DNA from: Macrostomum lignano
Lineage: Eukaryota
DNA: 64,000 nt
Reading direction: 5' to 3'
NCBI GenBank assembly: GCA_002269645.1
Contig: NIVC01000827.1
Coordinates: forward strand, 463,929-527,928
Shown here: positions 39,201-51,197 of the stretch, piece by piece
Layout: each line of letters opens with the position of its first letter
Position numbering within the stretch: the stretch's first letter is position 1
Program-made: the position numbers and the translations under genes
The notes under the pieces: model-generated
Database searches by the model: none
What the model was told of the DNA's origin: nothing
Seen by the model: only the letters and a program-made list of their open reading frames with translations

Positions 39201-41853
39201 CGATCGCGCCTGGTAGCGGGGGAGGCAGGGGACGGAGATTTTAATGGATTTTTCTCTTGCATTCTTATAATGATTTTCCACTTTCATCTCCCCTCTCATC
39301 TCCCCCTCTCATCTCCCCTCTCATCCCCTCTCATCTCCCCTCCCATCTTCACTCTCATCTCCCCTCCCATCTCCCCACCCATCTCGCCTCTCATCCCCCT
39401 CTCATCCTCTTTCCTCACCCCCCTCTCATCCCCCCTCATCCCTCTCTCATCTCCCCTCTCACCCCTTCTCATCTCCCCTCTCATCCCCCTTCTCATCTCC
39501 TCTCTCAACACCTCTCATAACGCCTCTTATCTCTTCTATCATGAGATTAGATGAGAAATATAGCAGTCTGACTCTTATTCCTCTCTTTCTTCCATAGATT
39601 GTCCAAATCCCCATCCCGTTCCAAACTTCCTTCCAACTCACCAGCGTCCACCACAGTCTGGGCGAGCTCTGGCGAGTGCTTAGAAATGTCGGACAGGGCC
39701 GAGGCGGCGATCCGCTTGAGGCTGAGGTCGGGCTCCTGCACGCACAGCACCAGGAGCGGCACCGCGCCAGCGTCCACCACAGCCTGGGCGAGCTCCGGCC
39801 CGTGTCTGGCGATGTAGCCGAGGGCCCAGGCGGCGCTCTCCTTGACGCCCGGGTCGAATTCCTCCAGACAGATGACCAGAGCGTCTAGGGCGCCGCAGTC
39901 AACGACGGCTTGAGCCAGTTCTGGCGAGTGCTTGGCAACGGCGCGGAGTACGAATGCGGCGGCCTTTTTGTAGAAGCGCTGAAGGTCGGGGTGAAAAATC
40001 GAGTTTTAAAAAAGGCGCAAAAATCGAACTGATAAAGGCGCCGAAATCGAACTAATAAAAGGCGCCGAAATCGAACTAATAAAAGGCGCCGAAATCGAAC
40101 TGATAAAGGCGCCCACATCGAACTTATAAAGGCGCCAAAATCGAACTTATAAAGGCGCCGAAATTGAACTAATAAAGGCGCCAAAATCGAACTGATAAAG
40201 GCGCCAAAATCAAACTAATAAAGGCGCCAAAATCGAACTGATAAAGGCGCCAAAATCAAACTAATAAAGGCGCCAAAATCGAACTGATAAAAGGCGCCGA
40301 AATCGAACTGATAAAGGCGCCGAAATTGAACTGATAAAGGCGCCGAAATCAAGCTGATAAAGGCGCCGAAATCGAACTGATAAAGGCGCCAAAATCGAAC
40401 TGATAAAAGGCGCCGAAATCGAACTGATAAAGGCGCCGAAATCGAACTGATAAAGGCGCCCACATCGAACTTATAAAGGCACCAAAATCGAACTTATAAA
40501 GGCGCCGAAATTGAACTAATAAAGGCGCCAAAATCGAACTGATAAAGGCGCCGAAATCAAACTGATAAAGGCGCCAAAATCGAACTGATAAAAGGCGCCG
40601 AAATCGAACTGATAAAGGCGCCGAAATTGAACTGATAAAGGCGCCGAAATCAAACTGATAAAGGCGCCAAAATCGAACTTATAAAGGCGCCGAAATCGAA
40701 CTGATAAAAGGCGCCGAAATCGAACTGATAAAAGGCGCCTAAATCGAACTGAAAAGGTACCAAAATCTATTTGAAAGAGCGCCATTCTATTCATTCTATT
40801 CGTATTCTTCCTCTCGAAAGATTTTTAAGACTTTTATTGATTGCGATAGACAAGCGTTGCTAATCCAAGTAGCACTACATGTGTCTAACGCCAAAAAACC
40901 AAAAACTCACATTTTGCTCGGCGAGGGAATAGACCAGCTGCGGCAGGATGTCGCCTTTGACAACGGCCTCAGCCAGATCGTCGTTGTAGTTGGCCAGTCG
41001 GCCGAGAGCCAAGGCGGCGGTCTGCTGGATAGTGGGCACAATGTCCAGCAGCAGAGGCCGCAGTAGCGACATGACGCCGGCATTTTGCAGCGTCTCGATG
41101 TTCTGAGGCCGGGTGGCCAGCTCGGCGACAGTCTGCACGAACTGGGTGCGAGCCTTCTGGTACTGCTCGAATACTGAGTGAAATTGTTTTATTAAACTTA
41201 AGTAAGCTTTGAATGAATAATAAATAAGACTAAAATCTAACCTTTCAATTCAAAATTTTTTTAACCATCAGAAATAAATTGTGGTCTTTTCGTTGCAGCA
41301 AAATATTTTTTGAACTTGGATACTTTTAACAAAATTAAATATGCTGCTTTATGTTATATTTATATTAATATATATTAAAGACCATTTAAATTCGAAAATT
41401 ATTGATAAGATTTTCATGATGAAATAGACATCATTTTGACATTGTTTTTAATGTTGAATTTAAATTACTAAAAATTATAATTGATTATTCAGATTATATA
41501 ACACTACATATGGAAACTATTTTTTCCTATTAAAACAACATTCTTTTTACAGAAATTAAAAAGCACAGAAATTAAACAAAACTCTTTATCTTAGAATCAC
41601 ACACTTGATCACATAGAATGTTTTACAGCATGAAACTGCATAGAGAACTTAGTCTGCCTTAGGATTTATTTGCAAATTTTTTTAGTGTAAATAAGCCTAC
41701 CAGTACCAGTTCATGTCTTCATAATCATTTCATTTTCTAATTGAATGGCTGTCTTCTTCTTACTGTCTAAATATACTTCCCTTGAATGATTAACTACCAG
41801 TTTTAAGTAACGGACAGCGAACCCTTACCTTGAAGAACCTGTCGTTGGCTCAT
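36219..41853 (-). CDS. SPAG6: Sperm-associated antigen 6 / PF16, armadillo-repeat axonemal central-pair protein; complement(join(41853..41829,41173..40911,39978..39642,39209..38830,37778..37587,36548..36219)), 508 aa
   Basis: MSQRQVLQVFEQYQKARTQFVQTVAELATRPQNIETLQNAGVMSLLRPLLLD... ending EEIVKYYSPGYSDSLLERVEHY. All five introns are GT-AG with consistent phases (1,0,1,0,0). Confidence 0.96.
36583..37502. repeat. 26-bp intronic minisatellite (actcaggatttacatcttcaggtaat)
   Basis: About 35 tandem units in the last SPAG6 intron. Confidence 0.95.
38180..38765. repeat. 21-bp intronic minisatellite (gcaggcactcattttagcgcc)
   Basis: Tandem units in SPAG6 intron 4. Confidence 0.95.
39285..39535. repeat. 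CT-rich low-complexity repeat (ccctctcatct)
   Basis: Fills SPAG6 intron 3. Confidence 0.85.
40020..40760. repeat. 23-24-bp intronic minisatellite (taaaggcgccgaaatcgaactga)
   Basis: Tandem units in SPAG6 intron 2. Confidence 0.94.
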
Positions 41854-41980
41854 CTTTATGCAGCTTGAATTTACTTGCACTCTGTGCTGAACTGCAAAAA
41901 AAAGTCACCACGCGTCGCAACCTTTCAATTTATGAAATGCGTTTTGATTTAGGAATTTGAAATACCTCGCGTTTCCAAAA

Positions 41981-41994
41981 CTTTCTATAGCAAC
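41981..41994 (-). promoter_or_regulatory. Candidate RFX X-box upstream of SPAG6
   Basis: GTTGCTATAGAAAG on the minus strand, one mismatch from the X-box consensus, ~130 nt upstream of the ATG. RFX control of ciliary genes is established. Confidence 0.45.
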
Positions 41995-42835
41995 ATCAAA
42001 AAGTAAAACAAATGAAACAAAATTGACATAATTTTTGCACAAACGTTATTTAATTACGTTATTAAATTAAAGTATAGTTAGTTTTTTAGTAGGAAATTAT
42101 TTTCTACACACTTTCAAATGAAGTAGATTCGGCATTGATTTTACAACATCGGTCAACGACCATTTGAATTCATTTATTAGTTTATTTCACTGCAGTTTTA
42201 TGGATTATACTTATAACTTTAGTAAGCATGATAGAATTGTTTGATTACACTTAATGAATTTCTAATTATCTACATATGTATACTGGGCACACTTCCGCTA
42301 AATTCCGTTTTTTCAGTTTCGCTTATTTAATTTTAGTCTGCTCTTAGCAGCTCCTCGTATGTAATGCGTGAATTCTTTCAACTGCTCTTACAGCAAGCGC
42401 CGAACATAGCGTTCAACATAGGCACTGTTGCACATTGTTCATTTGTGCATGATCTTGCTTTATTATAGTCATTACTCAGATATTGTCATACAACAATGCT
42501 GAGTAGTATCTATAATATTTAGTGAATGTGCCAAATAACGCTAGGCCACACGCATAATTTTAGGACGATCGGGTGGCCAATGATCCACCTTGCTTATTTA
42601 CAAACCGTCTCGCATGTTAGGCTGCCCGTGCAATGAAGCAGATTTAATATTGTCGCTCGAACTCTGCCGGTATAACCCCTGAGGCCCTGACTACAAATAG
42701 CTTTAAGCCTTAAAGCCTTAAGTTGCATTGGCACACTGAGCTAAAACTCTAAACAGGTCGAGCCTTTAATAGTTCTATATATATTCGTCAAAACAGTGGG
42801 AAGATAGAATTAACCTTTTGTGCTATTATAGAGCT

Positions 42836-44389
42836 ATGAAAGCTACGGCGCACAATGAGCAGATTGAAAATGAGACTGAGGAGCAGCAGCAACTGCAGCA
42901 GCAATTGACCAGCAGCAGCAATGATCAGTCACCGTGTCTGTCAGCATCGACAGAATCTGTCCACTCAACGGGCTCAAGAGGTGTCCCCGAATGTCGAATT
43001 TGTCGCAGTTCATCAACGGAGCTTCGCCGAGTTGGCGACAAGCTTCACCGGGTTAAATGCGCCTGCACTGGCAGCCTGGAGCACCTGTGCGCCCAGTGCT
43101 ACCAGCGCTATTACCTGGAACAGGAGTTGGAAAGGGGAGACATTTGAGAACTGATTTTGATCAACTTGCTGGGAATTGAGCCTTTTGTCTGCTGCCTTCC
43201 CAGCTGCCTTCCCAGCTCCCTTTCCTGCTGTCTTCCTTACTGCTTTCCCAGCTGACTTCGCATCTGTCTTACCAGCTACCTGATCTCAGCTATCTTTCTG
43301 CAGTAGCTTTCCCAGCTGTTTTCCCAGCTGTCTTACCGGCTGTTTTCCCAGCTGTCTTACTGGCTGTTTTCCCAGCTGTCTTACCGGCTGTTTTCCCAAC
43401 TGTCTTATCAGCTGTTTTCCCAACTGTCTTATCAGCTGTTTTCTTAGCTGTCTTACCGGCTGTTTCCCAGCTGTCTTACCAGCTGCTTTCCCAGCTGTAT
43501 TACCAGCTGCTGCTTTCCCAGCTGTCTTACCAGCTGCTTTCCCAGCTGTCTTACCAGCTGCTTTCCCAGCTGTCTTACCAGCTGCTGCTTTCCCAGCTGT
43601 CTTACCATCTGTTTTCCTAGCTGTCTTACCAGCTGTTTTCCTAGCTGTCTTACCAGCTGTTTCCCAGCTGTCTTACCAGCTGTTTCCCAGCTGTCTTACC
43701 AGCTGATTTCCCAGCTGACTTACCAGCTGCCTTCTCTGCATTCCTGGTAATCTTCGAGGATGGCCCAACAACTGAGGATCTGTGGGAGGCTATCTTTCTC
43801 AAGCAGCCTGCAGCTCTATAAACAGCCTCCACTTCCAAGACCCTGTCTCTCTTGCAGATGCGAAATCTGTCGCCAGCCGATCGACATCGAGGAGAGCAAC
43901 CTCGCGGCCAGGGCTCTGCTGAAGCTCCGACTTCGCTGCCGCCCCAGTTCCTCGTCGTCTGACGGGTCCCACAGAAGTCGACGCAACGACAGCGGCTGCA
44001 TTGAGGGCCGCTTCCTGGCTTACGCCTGCTTCGTTCTAATAGTCTTTGTCGTAGTCTTTATCATATTCTTTGTCGTTGGGGAGAAGCTTCAGCAGCGAAG
44101 GCGCCTCAGGCAGCTGGCGGCACCCGGAGGAGTTGATGATGAAGCCTCGACAGCCGCCACAACGGCGCCGACGAGACCGATATCGGATTCTGAGCGCCGA
44201 GTTGAAGCTGTGGTGTTCGCCGCGGTGGCCTGCATCAACGTGGCCATCGCGTTGATGTACATGGCCTGGCGGAGTTGCGGCAGCTGCGAGCGGCGCCGTC
44301 GACACCACAGTCAGTTTCCACAACAGCGGTCAGGTGACCGCGACGTGGAGGCTGTTGAGCGAATTGCTAACGAAAATCTAAGGGCTTGA
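42836..44389 (+). CDS. MARCH-family RING-CH (RINGv) membrane E3 ubiquitin ligase-like protein; join(42836..43143 or ..43125, 43858..44389)
   Basis: CRIC...CACTGSLEHLCAQC in exon 1, CEIC at the start of exon 2 (acceptor cttgcag at 43857), followed by two hydrophobic TM segments. The exon 1 donor is ambiguous. Confidence 0.72.
43190..43735. repeat. CAGCTG-rich intronic minisatellite (cagctgtcttaccagctgctttcc)
   Basis: Degenerate tandem units inside the MARCH-like intron. Confidence 0.88.
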
Positions 44390-44464
44390 ATATTAGCTAA
44401 GTAGGTAATTATATCTTAATCAATTGTGACTAATTTTTAGGATCAGAATTTAACGTTTAGCTGG

Positions 44465-44697
44465 GGAATTTGGGGATCAGAGTTTTACCTGAGGAATTTG
44501 GGCATCAGAGTTTTACCTGAGGAATTTGGGGATCAGAGTTTTAAGAGGGTAATTTGGGGATCAGAGTTTTACCTGAGGAATTTGGGGATCAGAGTTTCAC
44601 CTGAGGAATTTGGGGATCAGATCGTTTTACCTGAGGAATTCGGGGATCAGAGTTTTACCTGAGGAATTTGGGGATTAGAGTTTTACTTGAGGAATTC
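44465..44697. repeat. 28-bp minisatellite (ggaatttggggatcagagttttacctga)
   Basis: About 8 tandem units. Confidence 0.88.
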
Positions 44698-45283
44698 CTT
44701 GTCTATCAGCACAAATACCTCACTATAACATTTATGTACATTAATGTATATCTTGTCTAAGCAAATTTATATAACTTTGCATTATTCAATAACAATAAGT
44801 ATTTTCATGTACATTTTTCTAGTTTTATGTAATTAGCACTTTTAACAGTTTTTCTCATTTAAACTTTAAAAGGGTTTTGTAATTTGTATTCAAAATCTGT
44901 ACATAAAGCTAAAGCATTACTTGTTTATCTTGCTCAGTAGTAACATTGCCATTTCTTCCAGTATAACAAAAGCGATTTGTTGTTGTATTTCGTCTCCTAA
45001 CAAACAGTTGACTTTATCTGATCAGCTATCGATATTTCTTTATCTATCATTTTTTCTACTGTAACAAAAAAGCCAAGTTTTTTATGTCGAAATAAATAAA
45101 AAAGAGCCGAAAATATTGCTTTTTGTTTTAATAATGCAGCACGTCAAAAAGTTGTTGATATTGAATGAAAAATAAACCCTCTCGTTGGATAAACTTGTTT
45201 TAATTGGTTAAACATTTCATCCTCTCAATCCAGTTCACATCCAATAGGTCATTTAAGGTCACCGAATAGAATCGTTATCAAAA

Positions 45284-48200
45284 TTAGCAGAGGACCGATT
45301 TGCCCCGACGATTGGTTGCCATGGCAACCAGGGCAGCGCCGCCGGCAATTCCAAATTGGGCGACGTCCGCCGAGTAGCTGCAAGATGAAACCGGGTGCTT
45401 AAATTATTCGGTGCCTGCATGCGTATTTCTAGATTTGTTGAAGCAGTTCGATCAAAATTTTATTAGACATCCCGTCTCAATTCCAGCCTTAGAAGATAAG
45501 GATGAGATACAGGAGCCTATTCAGAATAACAGCTATGAGCGTTCCTGAAACTCATGATATATCAGCATTCCTGAATCTCATATATGAAGATTCCTGATTC
45601 TCATATATCTGAATTTCTGAATCTCCTATATCAGAATATGAAACATTCCCGAATCTTTTATATTACCATTCCTGAATCCCATATATATGAGCATTCCTGA
45701 ATCTCACCTATGAGCATTCCTGAATCTCACCTATGAGCATTCCTGAATCTCACCTATGAGCATTCCTGAATCTCACCTATGAGCATTCCTGAATCTCACC
45801 TATGAGCATTCCTGAATCCCACCTATGCGCATTCCTGAATCTCACCTATGAGCGTTCCTGAATCTCACCTATGAGCGTTCTTGAATCTCACCTATGAGCA
45901 TTCCTGAATCTCACCTATGCGCATCCCTAAATCTCACCCTACAAGATACAATGAAACCCACCTCGAAACAGCTCCCACAGCTGAGCCAATCTGCCACAGA
46001 ATCTTCTTTTGGAGCGAAGCGCTCGGCACTTGACGGGTCAGTTCGTCGGAGGCCAGCAAAGTGGACAAGGTCTTGTCGAAATTGACGGTCGGCTGACTCG
46101 GTAGCGACACAGTCTGATGATCAGGTTTGTCAAGTGAGATGAGTCGAGAGCTGTTAAGAACGGAGGGCTCTTCAATAACGACGTCGAACTTAGTGCTGGA
46201 TGATTTTGTGCTGAGCACCGGCTGGGAGCCAAAATTGGTAATGCGCTTTGACTGCTTGGACAAATGGACTCGCTCCGCAGCCATAGTCAGGCGTCGGTCG
46301 TTCGACACGGAACGACGTTCTCGTGACAGCCGTCGATCCATCGACACAACGCGACGCTCAGCAGCTCTAGTCAGACGTCGGTCAGTCGACACAGCGCGAC
46401 GCTCAGCAGCTCTAGTCAGACGTCGGTCAGTCGACACAGCGCGACGCTCAGCAGCTCTAGTCAGACGTCGGTCAGTCGACACAGCGCGACGCTCAGCAGC
46501 CCTAGTCAGACGCTGGTCAGTCGACACGGAACGACGCTCTCGTGACAGCCGTCGGTCAGTCGACACAGCGCGACGCTCAGCAGCTCTAGTCAGACGTCGG
46601 TCAGTCGACACAGCGCGACGCTCAGCAGCTCTAGTCAGACGTCGGTCAGTCGACACAGCTCGACGCTCAGCAGCCCTAGTCAGACGTCGGTTGTTCGACA
46701 CGGAACGACGCTCTCGTGACAGCCGTCGGTCCATCGACACAACGCGACGCTCAGCAGCTCTAGTCAGACGTCGGTCGTTCGACACGGAACGACGCTCTCG
46801 TGACAGCCGTCGGTCCATCGACACAGCGCGAGGCTCAGCAGCTCTAGTCAGACGTTGGTCAGTCGACACGGAACGACGCTCTCGTGACAGCCGTCGGTCA
46901 GTCGACACAGCGCGACGCTCAGCAGCCCAAGTCAGGCGTCGGTCATTCGACACGGAACGACGCTCTCGTGGCAGCCTTCGGTCAGTCGACACAGCGCGAC
47001 GCTCAGCAGCTCTAGTCAGACGTCGGTCGTTCGACACGGAACGATGCTCTCGTGACAGCCGTCGGTCCATCGACACAACGCGACGCTCAGCAGCTCTAGT
47101 CAGACGTCGGTCAGTCGACACAGCGCGACGCACAGAAGCCCTAGAGAGGCGTCGGTCGTTCGACACGGAACGACGCTTAGAAGCTCTAGTCAGCCGTCGG
47201 TCAGTCGTCACAGCGCGACGCTCAGCAGCTCTAGTCAGGCGTCGGTCGTTCGACACGGAACGACGCTCTCGTGACAGCCGTCGGTCAGTCGACACAGCGC
47301 GACGCTCAGCAGCTCTAGTCAGACGTCGGTCGTTCGACACGGAACGACGCTCTCGTGACAGCCGTCGGTCCATCGACACAGCGCGACGCTCAGCAGCTCT
47401 AGTCAGACGTCGGTCAGTCGACACAACGCGACGCTCAGCAGCTCTAGTCAGACGTCGGTCAGTCGACACAGCGCGACGCTCAGCAGCTCTAGTCAGACGT
47501 CGGTCAGTCGACACAGCGCGACGCTCAGTAGCTCTAGTCAGGCGTCGGTCGTTCGACACGGAACGACGCTCTCGTGACAGCCGTCGGTCAGTCGACACAG
47601 CGCGACGCTCAGCAGCTCTAGTCAGACGTCGGTCGTTCGACACGGAACGACGCTCTCGTGACAGCCGTCGGTCAGTCGACACAGCGCGACGCTCAGCAGC
47701 TCTAGTCAGACGTCGGTCAGTCGGCACAGCGCGACGCTCAGCAGCTCTAGTCAGACGTCGGTCAGTCGACACAACGCGACGCTCAGCAGCTCTAGTCAGA
47801 CGTCGGTCGTTCGACACGGAACGAGGCTCTCGTGACAGCTGTCGGTCAGTCGACACAGCGCGACGCTCAGCAGCTCTAGTCAGACGTCGGTCAGTCGTCA
47901 CAGCGCGACGCTCAGCAGCTCTAGTCAGACGTCGGTCAGTCGACACAGCGCGACGCTCAGTAGCTCTAGTCAGGCGTCGGTCGTTCGACACGGAACGACG
48001 CTCTCGTGACAGCCGTCGGTCAGTCGACACAGCGCGACGCTCAGCAGCTCTAGTCAGACGTCGGTCAGTCGACACAGCGCGACGCTCAGCAGCTCTAGTC
48101 AGACGTCGGTCAGTCGACACAACGCGACGCTCAGCAGCTCTAGTCAGACGTCGGTCGTTCGACACGGAACGACGCTCTCGTGACAGCCGTCGGTCCATCG

Positions 48201-49833
48201 ACACAGCGCGACGCTCAGCAGCTCTAGTCAGACGTCGGTCAGTCGACACTGCGCGACGCTCAGAAGCTCTAGTCAGACGTCGGTCGTTCGACACGGAACG
48301 AGGCTCTCGTGACAGCCGTCGGTCAGTCGACACAGCGCGACGCTTAGCAGCTCTAGTCAGACGTCGGTCAGTCGACACAGCTCGACGCTCAGCAGCCCTA
48401 GTCAGACGTCGGTCGTTCGACACGGAACGACGCTCTCGTGACAGCCGTCGGTCAGTCGACACAGCGCGACGCTCAGCAGCTCTAGTCAGACGTCGGTCAG
48501 TCGACACAGCGCGACGCACAGAAGCCCTAGAGAGGCGTCGGTCGTTCGACACGGAACGACGCTTAGAAGCTCTAGTCAGCCGTCGGTCAGTCGTCACAGC
48601 GCGACGCTCAGCAGCTCTAGTCAGGCGTCGGTCGTTCGACACGGAACGACGCTCTCGTGACAGCCGTCGGTCAGTCGACACAGCGCGACGCTCAGCAGCT
48701 CTAGTCAGACGTCGGTCGTTCGACACGGAACGACGCTCTCGTGACAGCCGTCGGTCCATCGACACAGCGCGACGCTCAGCAGCTCTAGTCAGACGTCGGT
48801 CAGTCGACACAGCGCGACGCTCAGCAGCTCTAGTCAGACGTCGGTCAGTCGACACAACTTGACGCTCAGAAGCTCTAGTCAGACGTCGGTCGTTCGACAC
48901 GGAACGAGGCTCTCGTGACAGCTGTCGGTCAGTCGACACAGCGCGACGCTCAGCAGCTCTAGTCAGACGTCGGTCAGTCGTCACAGCGCGACGCTCAGCA
49001 GCTCTAGTCAGACGTCGGTCAGTCGACACAGCGCGACGCTCAGTAGCTCTAGTCAGACGTCGGTCGTTCGACACGGAACGACGCTCTCGTGACAGCCGTC
49101 GGTCAGTCGACACAGCGCGACGCTCAGCAGCTCTAGTCAGACGTCGGTCAGTCGACACAGCGCGACGCTCAGCAGCTCTAGTCAGACGTCGGTCAGTCGA
49201 CACAACGCGACGCTCAGCAGCTCTAGTCAGACGTCGGTCGTTCGACACGGAACGACGCTCTCGTGACAGCCGTCGGTCCATCGACACAGCGCGACGCTCA
49301 GCAGCTCTAGTCAGACGTCGGTCAGTCGACACTGCGCGACGCTCAGAAGCTCTAGTCAGACGTCGGTCGTTCGACACGGAACGAGGCTCTCGTGACAGCC
49401 GTCGGTCAGTCGACACAGCTCGACGCTCAGCAGCCCTAGTCAGACGTCGGTCGTTCGACACGGAACGACGCTCTCGTGACAGCCGTCGGTCAGTCGACAC
49501 AGCGCGACGCTCAGCAGCTCTAGTCAGACGTCGGTCAGTCGACACAGCGCGACGCTCAGAAGCTCTAGTCATTCGTCGGTCGTTCGACACGGAACGACGC
49601 TCTCGTGACAGTTGACTGCTCTGTGGGAGCCGTCGCACATCAACTCTTGACTGACGAGCGTCATTCACTACCGAAGTCTTCCCGACATCCAACACAGAGA
49701 TGCGGCTGCCCGGCTGTGGTCCAGCAGGAGCGGCATCTCCGGCGTTAACTCCGACTTCAGCGATGTGACAGTCGATTGTCTTCCTGGTCATGAAGACCAG
49801 AGTAATCAACAGCAGCAGCTTGACGTCCACCAT
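45284..49833 (-). CDS. Secreted Arg-rich tandem-repeat protein; complement(join(49833..45962,45377..45284)), ~1321 aa
   Basis: Signal-peptide-like MVDVKLLLLITLVFMTRKTIDC; roughly 75-80 units of RRAVSTDRRLTRAAE / RRSVSNDRRLTRAAE / RRAVSTDRRLSRE; unique flanks on both sides of the repeat. Donor tcgag|gtgggt at 45961 (phase 2) fits acceptor tttcatcttgcag at 45378; the last exon is less certain. Confidence 0.75.
45540..45930. repeat. 23-bp intronic minisatellite (attcctgaatctcacctatgagc)
   Basis: Tandem units in the last intron of the Arg-rich gene. Confidence 0.9.
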
Positions 49834-51065
49834 CTGGAAGTGGAGAAAAGTTTGAGAAAATTTGACAGCTTTTAGATTAGTATTGCAAAAAAGCATGTTT
49901 TTCGAATATTTAATCCCTTTAGCATTTATCAATTTCTTAGCCAAGATACATGTACCGTCCCGGGAAAATTTCTGATCGAACAGTGCAAATTCGAACAAAA
50001 TCGGTCAAGCCATTCAGGAGAAAATCGATTTCGTACAAACAAACAACTCATTTTTAGTACATAGGAAAAAGGTAGTTTTGCAGGAAGGTTGCTGGATCAG
50101 AGGATCCAGCTTTAGTGGGCACCTTAGGCTTGATAGGCATATATAGTATTTTCACTAGGCCTCTTGGACGACAACTGGTCTGAAGTTTGTATACAATACT
50201 TGCCTGGCGATGAGAAAGTATCCGCATGCGTTATGTACGAGTATCAGTGTCTCCGCTTGCCTATACTTGCTGGCTCCGGGTCAATTTTAGGCAAGGGTTG
50301 GCAAACTCCCGCGCGTGAAGGTTTTTTCGCTCAAGTCTGGTCTCTTCTCAGCTCTCTTCTTTCTTCTACTCTCCTCCCCTCTTTTCTCTCCATCTCCTCT
50401 CTCCCTTCTCCCTTTTCTCTTCTTTCCTCTCCTAGCCCGCAGTCATTCGCAAGATTCGATATATTTCAATATTCAAATGATGAGGACGCACTTTTTCCCA
50501 AATCCCGCGCTAGCACATGGGCTCTAAACTTACTTGCCTACTAACAGTGGGCAGTGGGCATTTTTATCCTTTTTCTGCGAATTTTCATAGAATCTATACT
50601 AGATATAATGTCTGGCCATACTAGTAGTCATAATAACATAGGCGCAGCTTTTTGGGTCATAAATCATCGCTTTCGAAGCTGATCTGACAGCCACCTGCGC
50701 CTCACTCAGTGTTGAAGCGGGCGCCAGATGGTCTGAGAGGATGCGGGCGGTAGCTTTTTTCTCATCATTTTGACAGGCCATCAAGATTTATGAGGTCAGA
50801 GCCTATTGTTCGGATTCACTCAAGCGTGTGACAGCTTTGACAGCTATGCGTTTTACCCCTAAAAGTACCTTGGGATTAGCGATTAGCGATTTCTCTTCAT
50901 TATCTTCACTTTCTATTTAATAAGAGCTTTCTAATGTATATTTTTTCATTAATTTCTGTCAATCCTACGCGAAAAGTCATAAATCATTTTGTTGCGATTT
51001 TGAGTGATTTATGGCCGCACCTGTCATCTTTTTACGACCCTGTGGGAACTGATAGGATCTCTCGG

Positions 51066-51197
51066 TCACGTGATTCTGGGTAGCAACGAGCTTAGCCAAT
51101 CAGAAAATTCGGCGCTCATTTTAACAAAACGGCTCAGCCAATCAGAATCGACGTGTTCCGTTATAACAAACTGCGGTCCAGTTAGCGGCTATTTAAA
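51066..51197 (+). promoter_or_regulatory. Promoter-like cluster: E-box TCACGTGA, two AGCCAATCAGA boxes and TATTTAAA
   Basis: Motifs at 51066-51073, 51094-51104, 51136-51146 and 51190-51197; no associated ORF found. Confidence 0.35.

Noticed and set aside
46127-48862. 911-aa + strand ORF antisense to the Arg-rich gene
   Set aside because: In-register mirror of the repeat. It has no signal peptide or unique domain, is broken by a TGA at 48860, and the splice signals support the minus strand.
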